Assembly (NCBI GenBank): GCA_038881595.1
Contig: JAVZPM010000003.1
Coordinates: 4,739-68,738 of the forward strand
Direction of reading: 5' to 3'
Length of the DNA: 64,000 nt
Origin: Candidatus Micrarchaeia archaeon
GTDB taxonomy: Archaea > Micrarchaeota > Micrarchaeia > CABMEP01
Shown here piece after piece: positions 37,349 through 46,522 of the stretch; position 1 is the stretch's first letter, and each line of letters begins with the position of its first letter. The notes under the pieces are model-generated. The model worked only from the letters and a program-made list of their open reading frames with translations. It had not been told where the DNA came from and did not search any database. A program made the position numbers and the translations under genes.

Positions 37349-37636
37349 ATGGAAAAAGGCGAACCGACTTTAGATGAAGTTCTAAGAAATGGGAAAGGAG
37401 AATATAGAGTGCATAGAAAAGGAATGTTTCAAAGGATAATATTTACAGTAAAAATAATGAAAGAACCTTATGGTGAATATCCTGTTCTATTTACAGATAG
37501 GATAATAGATATGAAGGAAGCAGTTAGGCTCGCAGAAGAACTTCAAATAGCTGTATTTACACCTAATGGAAATGTATTTCCAAAAGGAAAAAGTGGAAAA
37601 GATTTAACAGAATTAATGAGTAAAATAAAAAAATAA
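37349..37636 (+). CDS. Small hypothetical protein
   Basis: 95-aa ORF with TGTGATTTT SD before the ATG. Confidence 0.5.
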   Translation: MEKGEPTLDEVLRNGKGEYRVHRKGMFQRIIFTVKIMKEPYGEYPVLFTDRIIDMKEAVRLAEELQIAVFTPNGNVFPKGKSGKDLTELMSKIKK

Positions 37637-37657
37637 CAAATTTAATTATTGGATAAA

Positions 37658-38395
37658 TTAGATTGATGATTTGAAATTCAAATTTTGATTGAACATATCT
37701 TGAATCTCTTCTGAATAAATGAAGTTTATCTCTTTCTCTATCTCATCCTCAGTAAGAACACCGATTTTGACTGCAAGTTCAAGAAGACCTATTTCCCTTT
37801 CTGAAATTTTAATTTCGTTCTCTTTTAAATAATTTAGAACAAGTTCAGCTACATCAGATATCCAAACTCTTGCAAGTTCAAGCCTAAATGCATTTAAGAA
37901 TGTATTATCATAGACAGAATAAAGTAAAGAATAAAATTCTCCTTTATTGATTTTCTTATCTTGATTAAACGGAATTATGTGTTCTGGACAATCGATAGAT
38001 ATCATTCCTTCCATAAATTTAAATCCTAAATGAAAGAGAGGAAAAGCACGACAAACGAGTGGCCTATTTTCATATATATTGCACTTAGAGACACCATATT
38101 CAAAAGAAAGAAAAGGACATGATTCTTCTGAACTTATTTTCGATATTTTATCATTCTTAGATGCTTTCTGAATAGATTTAGCTTTTGATTTAGATAGTGG
38201 TTGTGGTTTAGTTTGTAAACCCCAATAAAGAATTATTTCTGTATTTTTGTACTTTATCTTGTTTCCAGGAATTATTTTTATTGAAGGATCTAAAGAGAGA
38301 AGTAAATCTTTTTCCCATTCGAACAGTGCAAGATTTTGCATGTTTTTGCAACAATAGCCACAGTTAATACATTTAAATTTACTATTTTTCATCAA
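37658..38395 (-). CDS. YkgJ/UPF0153-family Cys-cluster (zinc/iron-chelating) protein
   Basis: FKCINCGYCCKN (CxxCGxCC) near the N-terminus, with additional CPF...C..Y...P..CR Cys residues. Confidence 0.65.
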   Translation of the reverse strand: MMKNSKFKCINCGYCCKNMQNLALFEWEKDLLLSLDPSIKIIPGNKIKYKNTEIILYWGLQTKPQPLSKSKAKSIQKASKNDKISKISSEESCPFLSFEYGVSKCNIYENRPLVCRAFPLFHLGFKFMEGMISIDCPEHIIPFNQDKKINKGEFYSLLYSVYDNTFLNAFRLELARVWISDVAELVLNYLKENEIKISEREIGLLELAVKIGVLTEDEIEKEINFIYSEEIQDMFNQNLNFKSSI

Positions 38396-38428
38396 AAAAC
38401 CTTCAAAAAACTAAAATTTATAAAAAAA

Positions 38429-39298
38429 TTATCTAATGTATGAAAGCTCATCAGGTTTCTTTGGAAGTTCAATTGGCATCTGTCCTCTATTCAATTCCTC
38501 CTCTAATTTCTTAATTATACCTTCACTTTCTTTTGCTTTTTCTGTAAGCTTAGAAACATCAACCTTAATTCCAGTTATTTCAGATAGAACTTCAATTACT
38601 CTCTGAGCAGATTTATGGTCAATATATGTTCCATGTGTTTCTCCCATTAAACATATACCGTCCATTCCTTTTAATTTTCCAAGTCCAAGCAAAACACCTG
38701 CGGCTCCAATTATAGAACCTTCAACCTCCCCAAAAGTAACACCAAATTTCTTATAGAATTCGACGTCCTCTTTATTTATAACCGCACCAAAAACTCTAGG
38801 TTTTTCTACAAGTTTGCCTATTCCATATCCACCAAGAGTTATTATTTTTTTGCCGCCTAAAAGAGAGAAGTATTCCAATATAATATTCATTACTTCGAAC
38901 TGAGCTCTTGAACTGACTGGTTGAACATCACCAATTAAAATAATTAGATCGTTTTTCTTTTTTGGATCTTTGTAAAGATAAAACTCATTAACAAGCATCT
39001 TTATTGTTCCATCTTTGTTAATTAAAACTTGATGTGGAAAATGATATGAATACAGTGTTGCTATTTTCTTAGCCTTTAATTCTGAAACCAAATGTTCTGC
39101 CGCAAGTTTACCTACAAAGCCGATTCCTGGAAGACCTTCAACAAGTATTGGGTTTACTAGTCCAGAAACTTTTTCATGTATTTCTATGTTAGTTTTTATT
39201 CCGTGTTTAGTTGAAAGAAATGCTTTTTCTAGTATATGGTTTGATTTTTGTTCTTCTTTTTGTAAAATTTTTTTCTTAGATTCTGATCTTTTGACCAT
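38429..39298 (-). CDS. PAC2-family proteasome assembly chaperone-like protein
   Basis: PILVEGLPGIGFVGKLAAEHLV...YHFPHQV. Conserved position after nop10. ATG at 39298 after GGTGAT (the listed ORF starts at TTG 39325). Confidence 0.7.
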   Translation of the reverse strand: MVKRSESKKKILQKEEQKSNHILEKAFLSTKHGIKTNIEIHEKVSGLVNPILVEGLPGIGFVGKLAAEHLVSELKAKKIATLYSYHFPHQVLINKDGTIKMLVNEFYLYKDPKKKNDLIILIGDVQPVSSRAQFEVMNIILEYFSLLGGKKIITLGGYGIGKLVEKPRVFGAVINKEDVEFYKKFGVTFGEVEGSIIGAAGVLLGLGKLKGMDGICLMGETHGTYIDHKSAQRVIEVLSEITGIKVDVSKLTEKAKESEGIIKKLEEELNRGQMPIELPKKPDELSYIR

Positions 39299-39347
39299 AA
39301 AATCACCAATGATCTTATTAATCAATGCAAATTAAGAATTAAATAAT

Positions 39348-39545
39348 TCAATAGGGTATTTTTTCCCTTTCTATTGCTTGATTCATCTCTTTTTCTTCTA
39401 AATTCTTAATTCTTGACTTTATTCTTTCTCTAATATTTTTCTCAACTCCACTTGCGATTGGATGTGGAGAAATTGTATCTTTGTTACAGTGTGTATTTGA
39501 AAGAGTATATTTATTACATACCTGGCATTTCCTTATTTTTTTCAT
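39348..39545 (-). CDS. nop10: H/ACA RNP protein Nop10 (divergent)
   Basis: MKKIRKCQVCNKYTLSNTHCNKDTISPHP matches the Nop10 zinc-ribbon pattern. Conserved aIF2alpha-Nop10 adjacency. The listed ORF start (39596) is unlikely. Confidence 0.65.
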   Translation of the reverse strand: MKKIRKCQVCNKYTLSNTHCNKDTISPHPIASGVEKNIRERIKSRIKNLEEKEMNQAIEREKIPY

Positions 39546-39601
39546 TTTTATCGCCGATTTAGAGATATTCTTATCTAAATAATGCAAAAAGAACAAAAAA
39601 A

Positions 39602-40384
39602 TTATTCTTCCTCTCTTTCAAATTTAACTTCACATTCATTTTTTGAAGCTAATTTAGTAATATTATCAATAAATTGTTTTAATTTCTTCTCACATTTTTT
39701 GAAATCATCATCTTGAACAACTATCTGATAGTATGGTGCTCCTAAATAGTGAACACGAATACCAGAATTCGGGTCTACTGAAAGTAAATCTTTTATTATA
39801 TTTATTCCACCTTCCTTTGTACATCTTAATGACATTTTTCCTTTTATTAACTTAACTTGTTTCTTTATATTTTCATTTGCAGTTTCAAAAATTGCTTCAA
39901 TCCATTCTTGTGGAAGTTTTGTCTTTTTTAGAACAGATTCTCCTTCTCTAACAACTTCTTCGAATGCAGAAAATGAATCATCAAAATGCGATTCGAGAAT
40001 AGATTTAACTTCCTCAATTGAAAGCTTTGTGGTTTTGTTTGCATTTTTTATCTTTTCTTTTGCAACTTCAAGAAGCTTTAATGCTCTCTTATCTCTTTTA
40101 ATTTGCTCAAGTTTCCTTTGTTGTTCTGCTTCTGTAACTCTCTTTAAAGATACATCCACCATGTTTTTTTCAGGAACCACTCGATGTACTCTAACTACCA
40201 GTCTCTGACCTTCTTTAAGGAAGTTTCTTATATTCTTTACCCATCCAGATGAGACTTCAGAAACATGGAGAAATGCGTCCATGTTATAATCTTCCATTTT
40301 ACAAAATGCCCCGTAAGGAAAAACTTTTGTGACAGTTACAACGACTAGCTCATCTAATTCTGGGACACTTTTCTTTTTTTCCAT
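39602..40384 (-). CDS. eif2a: Translation initiation factor aIF-2 alpha subunit
   Basis: S1 domain YGAFCKMEDYNMDAFLHVSEVSSGWVKNIRNFLKEGQRLVVRV, about 260 aa. Confidence 0.9.
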   Translation of the reverse strand: MEKKKSVPELDELVVVTVTKVFPYGAFCKMEDYNMDAFLHVSEVSSGWVKNIRNFLKEGQRLVVRVHRVVPEKNMVDVSLKRVTEAEQQRKLEQIKRDKRALKLLEVAKEKIKNANKTTKLSIEEVKSILESHFDDSFSAFEEVVREGESVLKKTKLPQEWIEAIFETANENIKKQVKLIKGKMSLRCTKEGGINIIKDLLSVDPNSGIRVHYLGAPYYQIVVQDDDFKKCEKKLKQFIDNITKLASKNECEVKFEREEE

Positions 40385-40408
40385 CTAATTACCTTTAATG
40401 ATATTAAA

Positions 40409-40582
40409 TTAAATCACTTTTATTATTTTACCAAGTATCTTTGCATATCCACCTGTAGGTTTTGCAATTGGTTTCTTGCATAAGCTACATAAAACTGTTC
40501 TTTTTGCAGTATTAAAAACATATTGTTCATTTCCACATTCGTGTTTAACTAATAAGAATTTTGAATTTGATGATGTTTTCAT
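40409..40582 (-). CDS. rps27e: 30S ribosomal protein eS27 (57 aa); not in the supplied ORF track
   Basis: Hand translation: MKTSSNSKFLLVKHECGNEQYVFNTAKRTVLCSLCKKPIAKPTGGYAKILGKIIKVI. Lies between rpl44e and eif2a as in other archaea. Confidence 0.8.
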   Translation of the reverse strand: MKTSSNSKFLLVKHECGNEQYVFNTAKRTVLCSLCKKPIAKPTGGYAKILGKIIKVI

Positions 40583-40612
40583 TATATCACCTCAAAAGGG
40601 TAACATAACCTA

Positions 40613-40900
40613 TTATTCCTTCTTGATTATCTCAAGAACTTTCCTTGTTCTTGTTCCAATTACTCTCTCTTGTTTCTTCTTGCATTCAGTACATTCAAGA
40701 ATTACTTTTTGATGTTTACCCATTTTCTTAACAGGTTTCTTACCCTTGACCTTACCTACGTAACCAGTAAGTTTTCTGTCGTATCTTGCCTGACCTACTG
40801 CAAAAGGTGATTGCTTTCCTTTCTTATAAAGCTTAACTTTTTGTGCAGTATGTTTATTACAACTTGGACAATATGTTCTAATCGTATCAACCATCTTCAT
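40613..40900 (-). CDS. rpl44e: 50S ribosomal protein eL42 (L44e)
   Basis: MKMVDTIRTYCPSCNKHTAQKVKLYKKGKQSPFAVGQARYDRK...LECTECKKK. AAGGAG SD before ATG 40900. Confidence 0.88.
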   Translation of the reverse strand: MKMVDTIRTYCPSCNKHTAQKVKLYKKGKQSPFAVGQARYDRKLTGYVGKVKGKKPVKKMGKHQKVILECTECKKKQERVIGTRTRKVLEIIKKE

Positions 40901-41051
40901 AATCTCAGCTCCTTTAAGTAGCAAAAATACACAATTCCATAGTGAAATGTTCACAATTAGGAGATTGTTATATTAATATTTACATATAAATATAAAAATA
41001 TTAGTATATCAGTAGATTTACTAGACTTAGCTGTTTTCTAGTAGTAAAATA

Positions 41052-41600
41052 TTATTCTACCTGTTTAGCTACTCCTATTTGGATTAACATTTCTGCATCT
41101 TCGTATGCCAATTCTACTTCGGTTTGTTGCTTAAAAGGACCTATTACTGAGCCATTGGCACCAACAAACTCATCTACATCTTTAAGAAGCATTACCTTTA
41201 ACTTACTGCTTTTTGGCTTTAAAACTGATATTTGTTCTGCATTATCGCACTCTTTTTTCTGACAAACTAATTCAAGATCTGTTTCACTGTTGAATTTTTT
41301 GATAATTGGAATTATTTGGTTATATATCTCTCGTTCTCTATCGAGCATTTCTGGTGGAAGTTCGATTTCCTTATCATAACTAAGAATATAATTAAATACT
41401 TTCTCTAATCTTCTCTGATATATGTACTTTATCATCTTCAATGCATTATTATATTCCCTCATTCCACTTGGATCTGATTTATCATAAGATGCAAGCAATC
41501 TTCCTGCAAGTTGATAGAAATTTGAAGGTATAGCTGAAAGTCTTGAACCTTTTTCCCTTGCATGTATTCTCATAAGTTCATCATAAGTAAGTTCTTCCAT
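41052..41600 (-). CDS. Putative GINS subunit (Gins51/15-like)
   Basis: 182 aa. The N-terminal LTYDELMRIHAREKGSRLSAIPSNFYQLAG pattern and the neighbourhood with primase genes resemble archaeal GINS. Weak, motif-level only. Confidence 0.4.
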   Translation of the reverse strand: MEELTYDELMRIHAREKGSRLSAIPSNFYQLAGRLLASYDKSDPSGMREYNNALKMIKYIYQRRLEKVFNYILSYDKEIELPPEMLDREREIYNQIIPIIKKFNSETDLELVCQKKECDNAEQISVLKPKSSKLKVMLLKDVDEFVGANGSVIGPFKQQTEVELAYEDAEMLIQIGVAKQVE

Positions 41601-41724
41601 ATAATCATCTTAAACATAAGAAAATCTTATAGGAAAGCAATATTAAATTTGATAGAAATATATATTAATTATTACTTTAGGTTGTTCAAGTATTCGCAAT
41701 AATTGACTGTAAATTGGAAACTAT

Positions 41725-42322
41725 TTACCTTTTCTCTACAAGATCTTGCAAAACATTCAATGCTTTTTCCCTAACACTTAATACAGGGTCTAAAATTGAA
41801 ATTGACTCTAATTGAGTTTTTGCTTCTATTATTTTTAGCTTTGAAATTGCCTTAATAGACGCGATTCGAATAACATATGCTTATCTGAAAGAAAATGAGT
41901 TATAAAAAGTCATCTTCTTTTATTTGGTTTCCTTTTTCAAATTTTAAATCTATCTCAGATAGGGAATTAATCTCCTCTTCCTTCACAGTCCAATCTTTTT
42001 CTCTCTTTAATGAACTGATTAGTAAAAGATTGCTTTCTCATAATCGGAGTAAAATCTCAATATATATGATATAATTCTTCTAACTCCAAGAATTGAAATT
42101 TAATTAAATAAGAGTGGGTCTGCCATTTCAATCTTTTTGCTAGATCAGGATCTTTTTTCTTTAATAAATTTCTTACTAATAGAACTTGATCTCCACTAAT
42201 TAGACCTTTTAGACCTTTCTTCACACATTGTGCAAGCGAATCGTTATACTGCTTATAATTAGAGATTTTTTCTTCATTACTGAACGAAAAATTATTTTCA
42301 AATTTTTTATTTTGTTTCCATA
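41725..42322 (-). pseudogene. Decayed HEAT-repeat-like gene (three out-of-frame fragments)
   Basis: An ~800-bp stretch with no ORF of 60 aa or more. Minus-strand fragments: WKQNKKFENNF...LISGDQVLLVRNLLKKKDPDLAKRLKW...; DWTVKEEEINSLSEIDLKFEKGNQIKEDDFL; AYVIRIASIKAISKLKIIEAKTQLESISILDPVLSVREKALNVLQDLVEKR (HEAT-like D..VR..A..aL). Confidence 0.4.
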
Positions 42323-42415
42323 GAATCTATTAGAACTATTTTATTGATCAAAAAACATTTTATCACAAAAATAAGAAACTTTTGAAATAAATAAAGCTTA
42401 CGGTTTATTTAGAAA

Positions 42416-43567
42416 TTAACTAATATTAATTAGTCTGTCTTTATTTTCTAAAAGCACTGCAACTTTTTTACATAATAAATAAATAGCTGCATATTCTGGT
42501 AGCTCTATGATCTGATCTTTATAAGGACCAAATGTTTGATTTTTAAGAATAAATTCTTTACATGAATGTACATAAATCTTCATAGGATTATCTGAAAATA
42601 TGACTGGCATTGATGTCCAATCGTACTTGTCAAAACTGTTTATATCAAATCTCTGTGCTAGTAAGCCTGTTTCTCCATGAATACTATCTGGCATTCTTAT
42701 AAGCTTACTTGTGTCAAATGTTACCCCTTCATCTATAAATGCAGCCTGGTCTTTTTTTATCGCCTCGACAATCTGAGAAAAGAACTTTTTCTTATCAGAT
42801 ACATAAACTGCCTCCCAGTTTCCATTTGATATTTGTTCTGCTGCATCAACTTTTGAATAAAATCTTTCAGCAATTTTTTTATGAATCCCTATTTGTTCAA
42901 GAGATCTTTCTTTGATATGCTTAACTACAAAATTTGCAATTCTTCCTTTCCAACCACCATCTGTTATTTTAGGGCCTATAATTCGTTTATGAATTGGATC
43001 TTGATAAAAGAAACGTTCATACTCCAAACCGTTGGCGTTAACATAATCTGCGATTTCTTTTCTCCCATATGTCTTTAACGATTGAAATCTTGTTGAGATA
43101 TGAATATGGTAGCCTCTGTTTCCACTAAAATTAACTTCTATCTCTTCTTTTGGTATGTTGAAATCTTTTACAAGGAAATCGTCGATCAATCTTAATGCAC
43201 ATTCCTTAGCTCTACTCATACATTTTTCGCAAACCCAATCTTTACCATGCTTCTCAGTACACGACATTCCCAATTCATTTGCATCGATATCAAAAACCAA
43301 ATCACCTTGAATCCACTCTTTCTTTTCGATAGGTCTAGCCGCTGGATATTTATAATACGCCTCCGAATATGAAATAAAAAGTGGTGCATTTCTTCCCAGA
43401 TAAGCATTAAGTTCCTTTTCGCTTGAAAATGAATAATGTCTTGATTCAATCTTTTTAGACCAACCTCCAAAACCAAACTCTCTATTATGAATTTTCTTTG
43501 GTGCTTTTGTCCAATGAGTAGAATAATAATGTCTAAACTTTTCTGTTATAAATGTCTCTTCGTCCAT
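42416..43567 (-). CDS. priS: DNA primase small (catalytic) subunit PriS
   Basis: DLVFDIDANEL (DxD), FSGNRGYHIH, and a zinc knuckle CTEKHG..WVCEKC. Confidence 0.9.
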   Translation of the reverse strand: MDEETFITEKFRHYYSTHWTKAPKKIHNREFGFGGWSKKIESRHYSFSSEKELNAYLGRNAPLFISYSEAYYKYPAARPIEKKEWIQGDLVFDIDANELGMSCTEKHGKDWVCEKCMSRAKECALRLIDDFLVKDFNIPKEEIEVNFSGNRGYHIHISTRFQSLKTYGRKEIADYVNANGLEYERFFYQDPIHKRIIGPKITDGGWKGRIANFVVKHIKERSLEQIGIHKKIAERFYSKVDAAEQISNGNWEAVYVSDKKKFFSQIVEAIKKDQAAFIDEGVTFDTSKLIRMPDSIHGETGLLAQRFDINSFDKYDWTSMPVIFSDNPMKIYVHSCKEFILKNQTFGPYKDQIIELPEYAAIYLLCKKVAVLLENKDRLINIS

Positions 43568-43575
43568 AAAAACAC

Positions 43576-44610
43576 CTAAGATTTCTTACTTACTCTTAGT
43601 CTACTTCTTTTAATTAATCTTGTACCATATTGAAGTGGATTCCTATGCCCTTTTTCACCAAGGCAACCACATTCTGGAAGCCTCAAACCGTATGATTCCA
43701 TCATCTGACATGAAGGCGGATTGTAACCCTTTTTTGCTATGAACTCAACTTGATATCTAGCTATCTTCTCATCAAAGTTTGGAGTGTTAGTAAATACTTC
43801 GACTACCTCATCTATAGATTTTCCTCTCTTAAGAAGATAAGATGCGATTGCAACTCTTGCAAAATGTGGAAGATTTTCTCCATTTCTTGCTCTTTCTAAA
43901 ATCTTAGCCATACATGGAGCGATTTCTCCTGTAGACTTCGCAAACATAACTGCTACTTTTTCCTTTGCTTCCCTTCTTTTGTTAACCTCTGCCTCTATTT
44001 CTTTTGCCACCTGCTCTATATTGCTCAATATTTCTTTAGGGAAATTCTCTTTTGGAATCGGAATACCTGATTCTATGTTTTGTCGTATAACTTCTGAAAT
44101 AAAGGACATGAATGTAGCTTCATTCAGTAATATCTTTCCACCCTTGAGATTTTGAAAAACTAATCTTCCTTCTTCTGTTTTTGGAACATAGAGAAGATAT
44201 TTCTCTACCGATATATTTAAACCATCTAATTCTATGTCCATATCTCTAGCAACTCTCTTAGCTTCTTCAATATAGTCAGGATTATCTGCAGTTATGTTTG
44301 CTAATGCACGCTTGACTTCATTATTTATGAACTTATTTCTTACTTGTGAATCAAAAAGTGAAATTATCATTCTTGATAGCGGATATGAGACTAGATATTT
44401 CTCATATGTTGATTCATCACCGATTACTAAAACTGAAACCTTCTCGTCAAAAAGAGCTTCCATTATACGCTTCTTTGCAAACTGAATTTTTTCATAATCA
44501 ATCTTGAAACTGCTTTGTGACAGAATCTGTTTTGCTGTTTTTGAAAATGGATATCTAGCAGCAAATCTAAGTTGATCTAACTTTTTTGAATCAATCATTT
44601 TCCCACACAT
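43576..44610 (-). CDS. priL: DNA primase large subunit PriL
   Basis: 344 aa. C-terminal Fe-S ligand pattern APCM...PPSCQMM...PECGC. Directly upstream of priS. Confidence 0.82.
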   Translation of the reverse strand: MCGKMIDSKKLDQLRFAARYPFSKTAKQILSQSSFKIDYEKIQFAKKRIMEALFDEKVSVLVIGDESTYEKYLVSYPLSRMIISLFDSQVRNKFINNEVKRALANITADNPDYIEEAKRVARDMDIELDGLNISVEKYLLYVPKTEEGRLVFQNLKGGKILLNEATFMSFISEVIRQNIESGIPIPKENFPKEILSNIEQVAKEIEAEVNKRREAKEKVAVMFAKSTGEIAPCMAKILERARNGENLPHFARVAIASYLLKRGKSIDEVVEVFTNTPNFDEKIARYQVEFIAKKGYNPPSCQMMESYGLRLPECGCLGEKGHRNPLQYGTRLIKRSRLRVSKKS

Positions 44611-44635
44611 GAGATATTCAAGAGGATTACGAAGA

Positions 44636-44699
44636 TCAGCTTATCCTCTTGTCTTCACGGCTTGCAAAATTGCAGCTCAGCAATACCTCGTATCATCAT
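44636..44699 (-). ncRNA. Candidate C/D-box sRNA (2'-O-methylation guide)
   Basis: Minus-strand read: AUGAUGA(C)-UACGAGGUAUUG(12 nt)-CUGA(D')-GCUGCAAUUUUGCAAGCC(18 nt, hairpin)-GUGAAGA(C')-CAAGAGGAUAAG(12 nt)-CUGA(D). Both guide spacers are exactly 12 nt. GC-richer than the flanks. Confidence 0.45.
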
Positions 44700-44798
44700 T
44701 AGATTAATTTTTACAAGAAACATTTTATATTTCTTTTCTAACTTCATTTCTAGTGAATATTACCATAATGAATATTATTTAGCTATATGAGTGATTAA

Positions 44799-45389
44799 AT
44801 GCTTTTTGAAAAATCTGAAGAAAAAACACTTAAAAAGATTAGAGAATGGATAGGGATAAATTTTGCAAAATTAAATATATCTCCAAACACTTGGACTATT
44901 TTGTCTCTAGGATTTGCGATAACAGCATTTTTGTTCATAGTCAATAGATATTTTTTAGTGGGTGCATTTTTAATAATTATTTCTGGTTTAATGGATTTAA
45001 TTGATGGTGCAGTTGCAAGAAAAACTAAAAAAGTTACAAGGTTCGGTGCATTTTTAGACACTGTAATTGACAGATATAACGAATTTCTCTTTATATTTCC
45101 TCTCGTATTTATTCAATGGCAGCCCATTGTATTTGATTTTAAAGTATGGATCTTTTTGTTTTTATTTGGATCTATGATCACTACATATGTAAAATCAGCT
45201 GCAGCAGAAAAGAAGTTGAAAAAAGAACTTAGAGGTGGAATACTTGAAAGAGCTGAGAGAGTTGGACTTTACACTGTAAGTTTGATTATAGCGGAGTTTA
45301 ATGTTACTATTTTTCAGTATTTAATTATAATACTCGCTATTTTATCTAATATAAGCGCAGTACAAAGAATTATAAAGGCAATTAGATAA
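44799..45389 (+). CDS. CDP-alcohol phosphatidyltransferase family protein (archaeal polar-lipid head-group synthase)
   Basis: DLIDGAVARKTKKVTRFGAFLDTVIDRYNE matches D-x2-DG-x2-AR-x8-G-x3-D-x3-D. Multi-TM. Confidence 0.85.
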   Translation: MLFEKSEEKTLKKIREWIGINFAKLNISPNTWTILSLGFAITAFLFIVNRYFLVGAFLIIISGLMDLIDGAVARKTKKVTRFGAFLDTVIDRYNEFLFIFPLVFIQWQPIVFDFKVWIFLFLFGSMITTYVKSAAAEKKLKKELRGGILERAERVGLYTVSLIIAEFNVTIFQYLIIILAILSNISAVQRIIKAIR

Positions 45390-45400
45390 AGGATGAAAAA

Positions 45401-46483
45401 ATGCGAATAATAGCACATATAGATATGGACAGTTTCTTTACGGCATGTGAAGTATTGAGAAGGCCAGAGTTAAAAGGAAAACCTATAATTGTAGGTGCGG
45501 ACCCAAAAGAAGGAAAAGGCAGAGGTGTCGTGAGCACTGCCTCTTATGAAGCTAGAAAATTTGGAATTACATCAGGAATGCCCATATCTATCGCTTACCG
45601 CAAATGCCCACAATGTATATTTCTCCCAGTTGATTTTGAATACTACTTAGAAGTTTCGAATAAAGTAATGAGAATACTGCAAAGATTCGGCAACAAGATT
45701 GAAATAGCAAGTATAGATGAAGCATATATAGATATAAGCCATATAGGAGATTATAAAGATGCTAAGAAAATTGCAGAAAATATAAAAAACGAAATAAGAA
45801 AAATAGGTTTAACCTGTTCAATCGGGATAGGACCGAATAAATTAATTGCAAAAATTGCATCTGATTACAATAAACCTGACGGTTTAACTGTAGTGAAACC
45901 AAATGAAGTTGATGAATTCTTAAATCCATTGAATGTGCGAGTTATCCCTGGAATCGGACCTAAGACAAGTGAATTTCTTAAAGAGAGAAATATAAAAACA
46001 ATCTCTGACTTAAAGAAAATTAGTAAATTAACATTAAAGAGCTGGCTAGGTAAATTTGGAGAAGACGTATATTATTATGCAAGAGGAATTGATGATTCTG
46101 AATTGATAACTGAATATTCTCCAAAATCTTTTAGCAGAGAACATACTTTTGAAAAAGATACTGACAACATGGATGAGATAATTGAGGTGATTGATGCCAT
46201 AAGTAGTGAATTACAAGACGAATGTATAAAAGAGAATGTAGAATTCAAAACCGTTACTTTGAAAGTGAGATTCAAAGGGTTTGAAACATATACAAGAAGT
46301 GTAACTTTAGATCAGTATTCAAAAAGAAAGGAGGATATAAAGAAAATAGGATTAAATCTCTTATCTGAATTTTATCCATTTGAAAAAAAGATTAGACTTA
46401 TTGGGTTAAAAATCTCTAATTTAAAAAGTAAAAATAAAAAGAACCATTCAGAAGTAAAAATAAGCGACTATATTGAAGTCTAA
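45401..46483 (+). CDS. dinB: Y-family DNA polymerase IV (Dpo4/DinB)
   Basis: IAHIDMDSFFTACE, ASIDEAYIDIS, GIGPNKLIAKIAS, IPGIGPKT. Confidence 0.9.
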   Translation: MRIIAHIDMDSFFTACEVLRRPELKGKPIIVGADPKEGKGRGVVSTASYEARKFGITSGMPISIAYRKCPQCIFLPVDFEYYLEVSNKVMRILQRFGNKIEIASIDEAYIDISHIGDYKDAKKIAENIKNEIRKIGLTCSIGIGPNKLIAKIASDYNKPDGLTVVKPNEVDEFLNPLNVRVIPGIGPKTSEFLKERNIKTISDLKKISKLTLKSWLGKFGEDVYYYARGIDDSELITEYSPKSFSREHTFEKDTDNMDEIIEVIDAISSELQDECIKENVEFKTVTLKVRFKGFETYTRSVTLDQYSKRKEDIKKIGLNLLSEFYPFEKKIRLIGLKISNLKSKNKKNHSEVKISDYIEV

Positions 46484-46522
46484 TCAAAGAATAAAATTTT
46501 TATTATACAGTTTTGTTATTAA

